DNA of 63,998 bases, the filler included, from Neoconidiobolus thromboides FSU 785 (Eukaryota > Fungi > Entomophthoromycota), in assembly GCA_025603075.1 (NCBI GenBank). It is 6 parts of 6 records of this genome, joined end to end, with 100 filler letters (N's around TTAATTAATTAA, not from the genome) between each part and the next. Parts side by side here need not be neighbours in the genome. Positions count along the whole stretch, not along the records: positions 24,513 to 29,890 come from MU626753.1; positions 29,991 to 43,595 come from MU626613.1; 4 more parts are not named here. One strand, 5' to 3'. A model generated the notes under the pieces. That model was not told the DNA's origin, ran no database searches, and worked only from the letters and a program-made list of their open reading frames with translations. This document shows positions 27,640 to 40,751 of this stretch, piece by piece. A program made the position numbers and the translations under genes. Positions within the stretch are counted from its first letter, which is position 1. Each line of letters opens with the position of its first letter.

Positions 27640-28100
27640 AATAAATAAGCCAATCAAGCTTTTTAGATATATTATGAAGGTAATGTAAAATTTATACAGG
27701 ATTGCAAATAATGATAATTGAAAACACCAAAATTTTAAAAAGTAACACAACATAAAAGATGGGAAGGATTTGTTAAAAATGATTTGCCCGGAATAAATAT
27801 CCTAGGATTTTTTATAAAAATAAAAGGAGGCATTGTTAATCCCAGACCTTAACTCCAGCAAATATTAACATCCATTTAATTCAGAATAACCATAGGACAA
27901 ATACATCTTTGTAATAATTCTATCCACAATATATAAATTAATTTTTGAGTATAAGAGACATCATTGGATTATTAAATTAGATTTTTAATGTTTGTTATGG
28001 TTTTACATATGATCAACTTTATAAAGAAAACTTCCAAACACATGGGAGAAAAAATCACTCTAAGCTTGATATTGGCTGAAAGGATTTTTAAATCTGTTTA
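27640..28100 (-). pseudogene. Possible decayed GPCR-like gene
   Basis: Hydrophobic fragments with stops; YGYSELNGC*Y recalls the GPCR ECL2 CWY motif; ILPIFYVVLLF is TM-like. Confidence 0.3.
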
Positions 28101-28765
28101 AAAGCATGGTACTATAAATATAACGTTTCCAAACACTTAAAAGCAAATAAAAACTATTATTGAATGTCCTATAGCCAATTGTTGATTATGGGAGTATTTT
28201 ACTAATTAAGGAAAAACATTAAGTCTAAAATAGTTTATCACAGATAAGCTGTTATCCAGTATTTAATTTTTTCAGATAGTTTAAAAGGATATTAAACCTT
28301 ACCCAAATATATATAATAAACATGGTAATTGCTACTAAATTTTTTATCTAAATTCTGAACGGATCAAGGACTGCAAAGTACTTTATTTGTAGTGATAAAA
28401 TTATGGTACGGTATCTTTAAAGGTAGATTTTTAATCTCGTTATCCTCGTTTTGAACTTCGTAAATTTAATAAACTACACTGAATTTTATTCAAAGAGCAA
28501 TAGTTATTTTCTTTGGTTATAAGAGTCACGGAAAATTTGACAATTAAGTTAAAAATTAAGATATTTAATAAAAAAAGTATAATCAAATAGATTTTTTCTT
28601 TTTAAATTTAATACGAAAAATTTTTATAAACTTTTTAATTTTAAAAATAGGTTGTCTCAAAGTCCATTTAGTACGAAGCTATTTGATTTCCAAAACATAC
28701 TAAAATATATAAAATGATAAGGCTGGACTGTATCTTTATGTTCATGTCTTTATTTTAAAAATGTC

Positions 28766-28975
28766 ATATGGGGATTTTTTTTTTAGCTTCATCACTTTTT
28801 CCATCCTTTAAGCGCTATTTGAACGGAAAATTTGTTGGTAAAATTCTTAAGCACAAAAATACATCTCCATATGGGGATGTATTTTTGTATTTAAGAATCT
28901 TACTGGCAAATTTTCCACTTAAATAGCACTTAAAAATTGGAAAAAATAATGAAGTCAAAAAAGACACTCCCATAT
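28766..28975. mobile_element. Tail-to-tail MITE family A dimer sharing one TA
   Basis: + copy 28766-28872 and - copy 28869-28975 joined at CATCTCCA-TA-TGGGGATG. Confidence 0.85.
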
Positions 28976-29143
28976 GTTAAAATTATAATAATCATAATAA
29001 TAAAATAAAAATTTGAAATGTATATACAATTTTATAAAGTTTTACTATTCCTAAAAATTAACTGTTTATATAAACGTTGTAATTCATTTAGATTAGTTTT
29101 AACAGCTACTTATAACAACCCAGGGTTTATGGAATTTTGTAAT

Positions 29144-29198
29144 AAAACAAAACAAAACAAAACAAAACAAAACAAAACAAAACAAAACAAAACAAAAC
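29144..29198 (+). repeat. Microsatellite (AAAAC)11
   Basis: Direct reading; the paralogous site at ~29744 has only two units. Confidence 0.95.
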
Positions 29199-29207
29199 AA
29201 AGAAAAG

Positions 29208-29367
29208 ATATGAGGTTGCCTGGATTAGTTTCATTATTTTATCCAATTTTTAGATATTTTGTATTTTAAAAACTTTGCTTAAAATTCCATAAAATCAAAT
29301 CTTTTATTTTAATAAAAGTACCTAGGCACAAGTCCTAAATTATTCTATTATAGCTTAGACTATAAGT
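29208..29367 (+). mobile_element. Family B partial copy
   Basis: ATATGAGGTTGCCTGGATTAGTTTCATTATTTTATCC matches the 48622 arm. Confidence 0.7.
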
Positions 29368-29467
29368 GGCTGTTTTTTTTTATTTCATTACTTTTCCATT
29401 TTTTAAGCGCTATTTAAGCGGAAATTTTGTTAGTAAAATCCTTAAAAACAAAAATACACTCTCATAT
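29366..29467 (+). mobile_element. MITE family A copy
   Basis: Matches consensus. Confidence 0.75.
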
Positions 29468-29990
29468 GTTTTATGTCACTTCTATTAAATATTTGATAAG
29501 TATATATTATATAACTATATAACTATATAATTATATAATTATGTAATTATATAAATAGATCTGTTTGACTTTGTTTTTTATTGAAATAAAAATAAAATGC
29601 AAACTTTCATAACTAAACTTCGAAATGAAATTTTTCAAAAGTTCAATACAATAGGGAGGAGTACAGGATACAAACATTGTAATTCATTCACACCAATTCT
29701 AAGAGCTACTTATAATAACTTAGGGTTTATAGAATTTTATAATAAAACAAAACAAAGAAAAGATATATTATCAAAGTTTACTATCAATAATAATAAACTT
29801 AATCAAGTAATGTATAAAATTAGTGCTTTAAGGGAAACAGGAAATAAAAATCAACAAGTAGCGTTATTATCAACTATAGCTTCAGTATATNNNNNNNNNN
29901 NNNNNNNNNNNNNNNNNNNNNNNNNNNNNNNNNNTTAATTAATTAANNNNNNNNNNNNNNNNNNNNNNNNNNNNNNNNNNNNNNNNNNNN

Positions 29991-30354
29991 TTTATAGTAC
30001 TCTCCATAGGTGTAAGTTTTCTTTAGTCAAAGCAAATTAATTATATTCTAAAAATAAACCATCTATCCAATAGGTAGCTTTAGCTACCTCTTGTCCATTT
30101 CCAAAAAAACCGAGTTAAAGACACAAACCCCTTGTAAACAAGATAGATAAGTATTTCAATCCAGATTCAATTATTAATGGGGATATGATATATCAGATAA
30201 TAACTTTAAAAACCATTTTAGTCTAATCACTTATATAAAGACACCCGGTTTAGGAAATTTAAAAAAATGGTTTATAGAGAAGGGTTTTTAAAACAGCTTT
30301 GTCCAAATGCTTATAAAAATGACTTATAATTAATTTTCCATAGTCATGAAATAG
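29991..30354 (+). repeat. ~364-bp repeat, inverted copy of 43195-43557
   Basis: By eye, 2 substitutions and 1 homopolymer indel between copies. Confidence 0.95.
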
Positions 30355-30558
30355 CAACTATCTCCGTATTAAGAATAGAGCCAATTGTTTAAAATATTCA
30401 AGTATGAATTGACTCATTACTGATACCCAGGTAAATATACACTTTAGTTTTAGAAAGTACCAGAAATCCATAAAAACCTTTAAGGAAATTTTTTATGACT
30501 GGATATCATTAAGAGTTGGTTCACTAAGCTATTGTAAAGTGAATTTAGGTAAAATATC

Positions 30559-30663
30559 ATATGATGATGTATTTTTTGTTTAAGGCTTTTACTACCAATC
30601 TTTCCGCCCAAACAGCGCTTAAAAAATGGAAAAAGTGATGAAGGCAAAAAAACATCCACGTAT
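30559..30663 (-). mobile_element. MITE family A copy inserted in pseudogene
   Basis: Absent from the paralogous site near 42985; flanked by TA on both sides. Confidence 0.85.
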
Positions 30664-30721
30664 TATTTATTTTATCATTGTAGACTATTTATGAGACATT
30701 AGAGCTGTATAAACAAAACAT

Positions 30722-30765
30722 ATCGAACATAGATAAATCGAACATAGATAAATCGAACATGATAA
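30722..30765 (+). repeat. 15-bp tandem repeat x3 (ATCGAACATAGATAA)
   Basis: Direct reading. Confidence 0.85.
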
Positions 30766-31434
30766 AATCAGGAAAAAATGGATCAAACATTAAAATAGAA
30801 AAATATGAGTCAAATATTAGAGTAACAAATAGAGAATACGGTACTGGTTCGTAGTTTTATTGTAGAAGTCATACTTTTTCAAAAGCAGTATGATAAATTT
30901 GAAATAGCGCACTTTATTTAAATTAATATTCATTTAAAGGGAGATGTAACTCTATATAGGGATGAATATTGAGAGAAATGCAGATATGATGAGGATGAAA
31001 AAGAGTATCAATCTGAAGAAGTGATTAGAATAAATCATTCTGGATTAGGAGTCGTAGCTTTCTATGGCAATAATATTGATAAATATATACATCCTTTAAT
31101 TCTTTATACTAACTCTTCTCATGCTTATGGGAATCAAACAGAACCCTGGATTCAAAGTGATTGAAAATATCCTTTATAAAATAGAAGCGCTTTTTAAATA
31201 AAAACAAGCTTTTAGCTGTATATTAATAAGTATCAAGTAAAGTTAGAAAATAAAACTTTTATTCCTTTGTGTATGAAGTATATTTATTATTATTTTAAGC
31301 CATTTAGAATAGTTATACAAAATAGCTTAATATGAATAGCGTTTACAAAACAGCTAAACAAATTAAATCAATTTTTATTTATTTAAAACTTAAAGTTTGT
31401 TCGTTTCCATTATCTATGTTATCGTTATTCAACT

Positions 31435-31539
31435 ATATGGGGATGTATTTTTGTGTCTAAGGATTTTACTAACAATTTTTCCGCTAAATAGTGCTTAAAA
31501 AATGGAAAAAATAATGAAGTTAAAAAAACACTCCCATAT
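31435..31539 (-). mobile_element. MITE family A copy
   Basis: Matches consensus. Confidence 0.85.
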
Positions 31540-31690
31540 GCTATAATTAACATGACTTTTAAAATATTCTTATTTAGCTGATACAAAAATCAATTCGTTA
31601 TTACTATAGTTAATATATACGTTATTTATTTTATTACATTTAATAGTTTCAATTTTTTATTTTTTGATCATTAATTATCAAGTCACAACA

Positions 31691-31788
31691 AGTGGAGATA
31701 TTTTTTTGGCTTTATTACTTTTTCTATCTATTAAGCGCTATTTGAGTGGAAAAATTGTTAGTAAAATTCTCAAAAAAATACATCCCCA
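31691..31788 (+). mobile_element. MITE family A copy
   Basis: Matches consensus. Confidence 0.75.
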
Positions 31789-33022
31789 AGTGTAAAAACG
31801 CCATTTTCTGTTTCAAAATTTTTAGTAAACATTTTTGCTGAATAAAAAATTGACAGTGAAACCAAGGAAAATATTCTTATACGTTGAACATTATTCTTTA
31901 ATAGCATATAAAACACTTCCAATGGTATTTTCATAAACAAGCTACATTATATACCTATTGTCCCAATACATACTATGGAAAAATAAAGTTATTTAAAGAA
32001 TTGTTAAAATTGATATTGTAACACTGTCAGTACTATTTATAGTAATATTAACTATGTTTTATTAATGATTTAATTTTACAAGCTTTTTTAAAAACTCAAA
32101 TGTCATAAAAAGCGATTTATTAAATTTTTAAAAAGGAAGCAATTCTGCATTAACTTTCATAAGTAATTTTCATTGATGAAATATGGAAGAATTATTAAAA
32201 TTGCACCAATAATAAACCCTTTCTTTAAGTTATAAAATTGGTCAAGCCATTAAAAAGTAAATGATGGAAAATTGAACAACCCAATTAATAAATTAGGATT
32301 ATAGCTTTCAAAGTTGACTTGGGGATTTATAGCTATTTATTTTAGAATAAAAATCCGACTATTAAACTGAGTTAGGCGGGCAGCATCGAATTAAATTCTA
32401 AAATTTATCGCTATTTAAAGCACACTTAGATTTAATTACTTTATTAGCTCGCTTTAAATTACATAAGGAGATGTCATAGGTTTTGTAATAATGAATTTGT
32501 ATGATTTATTACCAAATTGATAAAATTTAGGCTTGGGTATATTTACTAATCAAATGATAAAGATGTTAAAATTGATAATCCTAACCAATCAATTTAACAC
32601 CATGACTAGTATATTCCCTCATAATTTGTTATTTTATAACAATAATTAAGGCTTAAACACCTGACTTCTAAACAGCACAATTCCATAAATATTCAATTAT
32701 CTGGAACCTTGCAAAGCTAATATGGAGTACAAATGAAATCATATTGTAGTCTATAGCTCATTCTTCATAGGTTCTAAAAATGGGTGAATCCAAAGTTAAA
32801 TTAACCAAGAAAACATTTGAACATGTCAAAAGAACTAAATATCAAATGGTATTCTCTCCAATTTTAACGCTTTTAAACTAAACTTTCTTAAGTAGAAATA
32901 AATTCAAAATCAACCCTTAAACTGTTTCTTTAACTAATTTGTAGTTTATAGTAATTTATTAAAACATTAAAATTACTATTCTTATTGTTGCGTTCTAAAT
33001 AAATAATCATTGTCAATAAAGC

Positions 33023-34675
33023 ATGCTAATGCAGACCAAGGAGATACTTTCAACAAATTCAATGGGACATAGTGAAAAAGGTTTATATTTAAATACTCAC
33101 TTTGTTCAAGAAAATGAAGGTTCATGGAAAGGCAGTTTTGAAGATCCATATACTATTCAAGAAAGTTTAAGTCCATCAAGTATCAAAATATCAACATTAC
33201 AAAATCGAAATTATTTATCAGCTTCGCCACAGTTTCTTTCACCTATTGATGATTCAATTCAAGAATCAAAACCATTAGCTGTTCCTGGTAAAAACGTTAC
33301 TCAATCCACTTCTTATAATTCAAATTCACCAACAAAAAATTCGCCTTCTAATTCCCCTCCTACTCCTATCAGGGAAACAAATACAATGAAGGTAGATTAT
33401 GATCCAGTCACTGGTAATAAGATGTTAAACCATTATGAAATATTAAAAGAGTTAGGTCGTGGTTGTCATGGTAAAGTTAAGTTAGGTAGAGATACAAGGA
33501 CTCAAGAATTGGTGGTAAGTTATTATTTTGTTATGCTTGTTTTTATTAAGTGCTTAATTTTTTTAGGCTATTAAGATAGTACAAAAAAATACTCGACGTA
33601 GGTTAGGAAGTCGATCTATAATATCAACACAATTAGCTAAAGTTCATAAAGAAATAGCTATCTTAAAAAAATGTGATCACCCAAATGTAGTTGGATTAAA
33701 AGAGGTAATCGATGATCCAACTTCTAAGAAGATATATATGGTATTAGAATATATGGATGGTGGAGAAGTCCATTTCCATGAAAAGGATTCAGATATACCA
33801 ATATTAGATAAAGATACTATACGTCATGTTATGCGTGGTGTTATTTCTGGTTTACAATACCTTCATAATCAAGGCATTATTCATAGGGATATTAAACCAG
33901 CTAATCTATTATGGTCATCAGACGGAACAATAAAAATATCTGACTTTGGCGTTTCTTTTTGTCGTCGTCAACCATCTCTAACATTTAGTCTTGCCTCTGA
34001 ACGACCAAGCTCAACTACTAGTTCAATGGAAGAAAGCTCCGTGCTATCGGCCTCACCATTAAGTGAACTTCAACATTTTCCATCCATGAATTTAATGAAT
34101 CGAAATTCAATTGATGAAGATGAATTAGAATTAGCTAAAACAGCTGGATCACCTGCTTTTTTTGCCCCAGAATTATGTTGGTCTGGTGAAGAAAATTGTC
34201 CACGTCCACGTATCACCTCAGCCATTGATATATGGGCTTTAGGTATTACTCTTTATTGTATGGCTTATGGTAAACCCCCTTTTATGGCAGAATCGGAATA
34301 TGAATTATTTGAAATTATACCGGTCAAACCATTAGAATTTCCAAAAGATATACCATCCGATCCTGAATTAGAAGATCTTATAATTAAATTATTAGAAAAA
34401 GATCCAAGTAAACGATTATCTTTGGAGCAAGCTAAACTTCATCCTTGGATCATTAAAGATTTAGATGATGTAGAACAATATACTAAAGATGGAGATCCAA
34501 GTCAATATCCTAATATTGAGGTTACTGAAGAAGAAGTTAAAAGGGCAGTCACACTTAAAGTAAATTTTAATTTTATTCTTTTATTAATTAAATAATTGAT
34601 TATTTTATTTAGGATCGTATAAGGAAACATTTAAGAAAATTATCTGAATCCTTTATTAAAGTGTTTCATAAATAA
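33023..34675 (+). CDS. Snf1-activating / CaMKK-family Ser/Thr kinase (SAK1/Ssp1-like; multi-exon)
   Basis: TNTMKVDYDPVTGNKMLNHYEILKELGRGCHGKVKL; IIHRDIKPANLL; SDFGVS; AKTAGSPAFFAPELC; IDIWALGITLYC. Confidence 0.9.
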
Positions 34676-35107
34676 GAAATAAGATAGTTTCTATAATCTA
34701 TATTTATTTCAATGATGTTGCCTTAAAAAAAAGAAGACTATTTAATTTATCAATGTTGATGCTTTTATTTTATTGCCGATGTTTCTTCCTATGAACAAAA
34801 AGTGATAATTCTTTCCTCTAATTTTATTTATCCAAGTTTATTAATTGTTATTACTGCCTTTGTAAAATAAAACAATTCAGTTAATTTATAGCTGTGATTT
34901 TAATTTTATAAGTATTTTTATGTTAATTAGAGTAGAGTCTTTAATTATCTCATCAATTGTATTTTATAAGATTCAAAATAGAAATTCAAAAATGAAAATA
35001 TAACCAAAATGATTGGTCCATTGAATTTAAACCACTCCAAAAAAATATTAAAAAATTAATTCAAAAAAAGCAAAAATTAATTTCAACCAAAACCTGAGTT
35101 TTAAAAG

Positions 35108-35866
35108 ATGCCTAACAATAAAAAATTGAATGTTAAAGATATTAAAAAGAAGGAAGGATGTCACCCATATTCTAGAAAAGCAAAGCAATTGGCTAGAGCT
35201 GTTAATCGTATGGATAAATTAGATGGCAAAAAGACCAAAGTTTTAAAAGGTTGGCAAGCAGCTAGTAAGTGTTTTACTATCATTGAGATAAATGAGGTGT
35301 TAATGAAAGTGATTTTTTTTAGTTGCCGATAAATATTTATGGTTTAAATATGCCATGGATGAAGATAAAAAAGTATTGACATTAGTTGAAATTAGAGAGT
35401 TAATTGAAGAGTAGACTTATTATCACTATAATATTATTTAAATTTAAATTTATATAAATAGATATTTAAATCGAGAAGATTCCGATTTAGAATTTAAAAA
35501 AGGCAAAAGTTTCAAAGAAGATATAATAAAGTTAAAACAATTAAAAGACCGTGAAGAATATGTAAAAAATGGGCTTGGTAAGTAAATTTACAACAATAAG
35601 AATCAAAGTATTAATTATGTTCTTAATTATATAGAAATCCCTGATCTCACAAATAAAAATAATGTTCAAACTTTAAAGTAAGTTAACTATTACATGATGC
35701 AACTGTTTTTTATCGATAATATATATATTATAGGGAATGGGATGGGGATTGGAATTCAATAACTAGTATTAAAAAATTAAATATCAAACCAGGAAATATA
35801 AAAGTACAAGAAGCTAAAGAAACTTCAGAAATTCCAAAAGTACAAGAGGTAGAAATGATGGAATAG
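35108..35866 (+). CDS. TMA16: Translation machinery-associated protein 16 (multi-exon)
   Basis: HPYSRKAKQLAR; IPDLTNKNNVQTLK/EWDGDWNSI. Confidence 0.85.
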
Positions 35867-36055
35867 GATAGAATAAATAGTATAGCGTATTAACAATATT
35901 AGGAGATAACCAATAGTAACATTGATAATAAAAGATAAAAAAATAGAATAAATATAAATTAGTATTAATATTATCTTCTTTTAATAATTATAGTTTATAT
36001 AGTTAAAAATTTATGCATATCCAAAAAAAACTCTTCCTAGTTATCTATCAATCTA

Positions 36056-37281
36056 TTAAAATATATGATTTAAAAATTGATTCAATTTTGGTTGATTTAA
36101 AATTAAGGTTTCTTCTTCTGAGTTTTTAGCTTTTCTAATCTCTAATTCTTGATAACTCCCATCTGGATATTGATGAATATAAAAACATGAGGAACCAAAT
36201 GGACATTCCCCTCGCCCTGAATCAAAATAGCGACATGGTATTTGTCTATTTAGAATAAAAAATAATATATTAATAAATCTAAATTTAATATATTATTAAG
36301 TTACTTTAGTTTTGATTTGTAAGCATCAATGATTTTTTCTTTTTCTTCTTTATCAGCTACCCAAATTAATGAAGGGGTTATAAAATATGTAATATCTCGA
36401 CTTAATAAAAGAATTAAATATATTTCATATAAATAATTGAAATGTTGGTTTTTTACCATATAGGACATGATCTAATAACATTATTATCTAATATCGTATT
36501 GGTTCTCCATTGTCTTATACAAGATAAACAAAATGGATGCTCACAATCTAAATATAACAAATGAATAAAGAAAAATAGAAATTTAAAAATACAACTAATA
36601 ACATAAATGAAAACTTACTTAATAAACCGAATCTACCACATTTGGTTGATAATACTTTTTCCATACAAATACAGCATTCTATGTCTTTACTTTCGTCAAA
36701 AGTTTTAATTGGTGTACAGTTTCTTATATGTTCTAAAATAGCGATAATAAGATAAAGATTAAATACAACTAATAATATAAATATTTGTGTAATAATTTTT
36801 TACCTGTGTGTTCAGCATCTGGTTTATCAGGATGTAATATGTAATTGTGACATGAATTACATACTTCCGCATGAGCATTTCGACAAAATTTACCATATCG
36901 GCAGGAGCCTTTTAAGAAAAAGGTACAAATCTTATTTTATATTAAATTATTATCTTAATTATTATTGTAATCAATTCTGTTTCTTTTTATTTTACCTCTC
37001 TTAAATTTTGCTTAGTTGGTTGATGTTCTGATATAGGTACATTCGTTGATGATATTTGTGCATAAGTTAAATAGTCGCTAACATTGTTTTCGGGTATATA
37101 ATAACTTCCTTGGTAGTTTTGATCTAGTTTTTTTGTTTTAGTCATCAAGTAAACAATATATTTATTTAGTCAATAGTATATTAATACTATTCTGTTTTAA
37201 GTTTAAGATACCTCTAATTAAATCATCATTTATGGGCCAGGATATATCATAATTCTCATGTTGTGTAGTATCATAATTCAT
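36056..37281 (-). CDS. MKRN: Makorin-family CCCH/RING E3 ligase (multi-exon)
   Basis: [19 protein letters not shown]; Cys-His motif CNSC...LHP; [12 protein letters not shown]...[18 protein letters not shown]...CP; final [26 protein letters not shown]. Confidence 0.9.
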
Positions 37282-38052
37282 CTTTATAAATTAATAAAAT
37301 TTGTTAGAAAATAAAAACTGTTTTTTTTTTTTTTATTAAGTCTTAAAAGCGAAGATTAATTGCCCAAATAGTTTCTTCATATCTGAAAAAAAGTTCGATA
37401 AACTTAAGGTTGGAAGAATATATCAGTAAAAAAACAAGTTTATATATATTTATAAATCTTTTGATTAATGTTTTCTTCAAAGTGGCTCATTGGTTCTCTA
37501 TCAAAATTGTTTTTCTACTTCCTCATCACAAATATTCCTTCACCATTTATCCAAGACCTAATGTCTGAAATCCCAATAATAAGTTCAAGTTTTATTCGTT
37601 TGTCTCATTTTCGAGCATCTTTATTTGACAATACATCGATCAGATTGAGTTTGCTTTATTAAGTTATTTTCATCTTTCGCTAACAACGCATATATATCAT
37701 ATTCCTCTTATATTAAGTCATATTCTGCCCTCTCTGCTTTTATCCAATCTGACCCTAAATGTTTCATGAATAATGGATATATCTATATAAATATTATCTT
37801 TCAATATGTCTTATCAACACAACCAACCTACTATAATAATAAAAAAGATAAGTAAATTGAATTCTAAACGTTTTAATTTATTTTTGATTTTCTTGGACTT
37901 GTTTTTTCAAATTGTTCTTTTTACATTATTCGATATGAAAAATTTAGCTAAAATAAAATATCAACTATGATTGGTTACTATCAAACTCAATTTGATATCA
38001 TCATAAGCCATCCAAGAAAAAAAATTCATTATTTTTATTAACTTCAAAAAAA

Positions 38053-39188
38053 ATGATATTATTAGAAACCCATAATGCCTTATTGGAAGATACGCTCCGA
38101 AGAAGATTTGAAGCGTAACATAAATTATTCTTTTTTAAAACCTATAACTAACTCTTTTATTTCAGTGAAAAAAGAGAAGCTTTTAATATTCAATTAGTTG
38201 ACTTTGATAAAGTCAAATTTCATATCTCTACTGATGAAGAAAGTAAAGATGTTGTATTAGTATCTTTAAGTTGGGCTTGTTTTAAAGAACTAAGCTCTTA
38301 TGGTGCTGAAGAATTATTAAATGAAAAATATCAAAATTATATTCAAAATCCACCTGAGTCAAGCTATGACTTCACTTTAAAATTTGACTTAAATAACTTA
38401 CCTGAAGATAAAGGTAAATTTTATTTCTTTATAGTTATGCGTAGTATGCTGTTATTAACCTCTAATCTACTATAGAATCCTTAATAAAAGAAGTAGGCAA
38501 ATTAAAAGCTTACTGTTTCTCAGCCCCATTTGACAAAGCATTTCAAGATCAACTCCGAGGCAATAGTAGTTCACCAATGTTAATCAATTATCGTGAAGAA
38601 GAAAAAATTTTTATCCAAGCTCTGGGAGATCGTGTTACTGTTATCTTTTCAACTTATTTTAAAGAAGAAATGGATCAAATTTTTGCTAAAGTTTTTTTAC
38701 AAGAATTTGTAGACGCTAGACGCGACCCTACTGTTCAAAATGCTCCTCAAGTACTTTATTCGAATCGTGAACCACCATTGGAAATTCGTGATATTCAAGG
38801 GGTTATTCCTCAAGATAATGTGGGCTATGTCACTTTTGGTAAGTTTCATTTCAACTCGTTTTTGACTTTTTTTTATAATCGATTATTTTTTATTTCTCTT
38901 TAGTCTTCAATGAACGTCATAGTAAAGATTTAGAAACACGTGAAAAGAGTATCAATATTATACAAACTTTTAGAGATTATTTACATTATCATATTAAATG
39001 CTCTAAAGCTTATATGCATTCTCGTATGCGTGCTAAAGTCAGCGACTTTTTAAAGGTACTGAATCGTTCTGTTCCTGATAAACAAAAAAACGAAAGAAAA
39101 ACTGCTAGGTAAGTTGATATATTATAATTTGTTTGTTGGTTTGCTGATCTTTTTTTAATATAGTGGTCGTACTTTTAATAGAGCTTAA
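38053..39188 (+). CDS. ARPC2: Arp2/3 complex 34-kDa subunit (multi-exon)
   Basis: MILLETHN; [12 protein letters not shown]; DRVTVIFST; [10 protein letters not shown]...[15 protein letters not shown]; [21 protein letters not shown]. Confidence 0.95.
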
Positions 39189-39300
39189 ATGGTGGTTCTT
39201 AGACCATAATTTTATTGCTATTATTAAAACTTTAAGTTCATTGAATATTTTTTTGGTTTGTTAAATTGTTGAATTTCATGTTTTTGCTCATTAAATAAGC

Positions 39301-39406
39301 ATACGGTGATGTTTTTTTAGTTTGATCACTTTTTCTATTTTTCAAGTGCTATTTGAGTAGAAAGATTATTAATAAAATTCTTAAATAAAAAAATACATCT
39401 CCATAT
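39301..39406 (+). mobile_element. MITE family A copy just 3' of ARPC2
   Basis: Matches consensus. Confidence 0.75.
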
Positions 39407-39823
39407 GTTGGTTGTTTTAAATATTATCTATTTTTAATTATTTTAATATAAACAATAATAAAATCATTATGTTATAAATGTTTCAGAAAAAATAATAAAT
39501 TGAAGTTATTAACTTAATATATTAATTTAAAACAAGATGTAATTGATGATAAACAGCGGTATTCATATTAAAATATTAAATAATTGTGAAATAACTTTAA
39601 AATGATTTTTAAAACATTATTGAATATCAAATATTAGTTCAAAATAACAATTGGGATTATGTTTAAATAAATATAACCACATAATTAAATAGTATTAATT
39701 ATATTTAAAAATAATAAGAATCAAAAAACCTCTCAAATTCCAATTAAAAACCCATTACATATTAATAACAATAAATTGAAAAAACAAATCTCAAACAAGC
39801 ATTTTAAATCTATTAGTTTAATT

Positions 39824-40308
39824 CTAATTTTCATATTTAAACTCCAAAAAGCGTTGTATAGGGGATTTAATACTCTCAGCGATACTATAAAAAATAAAAG
39901 TATTATTATTAAATATCAAAGAACAGATTTAATTTCAATAATCATTTACCTCATAAACCCTCTTTTAGAATTTAATCTTTTAGCTGTTTTACAATTATTA
40001 CGGGTTCTTTGGCCATGAACTGGATAACCCATAGCGTGTCTTCTACCAACATAACAATTGATACTTTTTAAACCTTGAATATTTTTATTTTCTTGTCTTT
40101 TCAAATCTTGTTGAATAGTTAATTTTGATAATACTTCTGAAAGTTGATTAATTTTATTTTCATCTAACTCTTTCAATTTACATTCTCTATGGATATATAA
40201 TTGATGACATATCTTTTCGGCTGTCATAGGCCCGATACCATAGATGTAAGTTAAGGCTACTCGAACTACTTTTTTATCCGGTAAATTCACTCCAAATAAA
40301 TGTAACAT
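39824..40308 (-). CDS. SWS2: Mitochondrial ribosomal protein uS13m (probable short second exon)
   Basis: VRVALTYIYGIG; YVGRRHAMGYPVHGQRTRNNCKTAKRLN; GT-AG intron to a terminal exon ending at 39824. Confidence 0.9.
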
Positions 40309-40751
40309 TGTTTATTATTAATATTTTGATTAAAAACGGATTGAGTTTTTAAAATATTTAAATTCAGTTTTTTATGGGAATTAAATTAAACTTGATTTTA
40401 ATTGGCTTAATCAATCAAAAAATAGTGTAAGCTATATTTGCTTAAATGATAACACCATAAACGTTAAATAAAATAATAAGGTGTATATTACTACATGATA
40501 CAACGCTCCTTACTGTAAGGGAGAATCTATAGTATAGATATATAAGCAGCTATTTGTATAAGAATGAGTCATGTAAAACTAATAGTTATTTAAAATGATC
40601 AAAATGAGAGATAAAGTCAATCTAAATGTTTTAAATTCTAACTGACCAATCTGATTAGTTTAAAAACATATAAACCAATCAAACAAAAGTATTAAAGAGA
40701 TTGTATGTAGGTTTGGCTAAGCCTTCTAAAGGCAATACCTCAAAGTAAGCA

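Larger units (their letters stand above)
30355..31164 (+). pseudogene. Decayed gene of unknown family (paralog of 42404-43194)
   Basis: KYQKSIKTFKEIFYDWISLRVGSLSYCKVNL and LGVVAFYGNNIDKYIHPLILYTNSSHAYGNQTEPWIQ conserved with partner; multiple in-frame stops; MITE insertion. Confidence 0.65.

Noticed and set aside
29018-29269. 83-aa ORF with KTKQN repeats
   Set aside because: Translation of the (AAAAC)n microsatellite within a repeat
30355-31164. Alternative genetic code (TAA/TAG read as Gln) to explain in-frame stops in relics
   Set aside because: Conserved genes here terminate with TAA, TAG and TGA; partner copies show CAA at a stop position and carry frameshifts, so decay is simpler
37370-37830. 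Purine-rich coding-like stretch with TGA/TAA stops between makorin and ARPC2 (possible NUMT or relic)
   Set aside because: No recognisable protein in any frame, including with TGA read as Trp; may simply be promoter DNA
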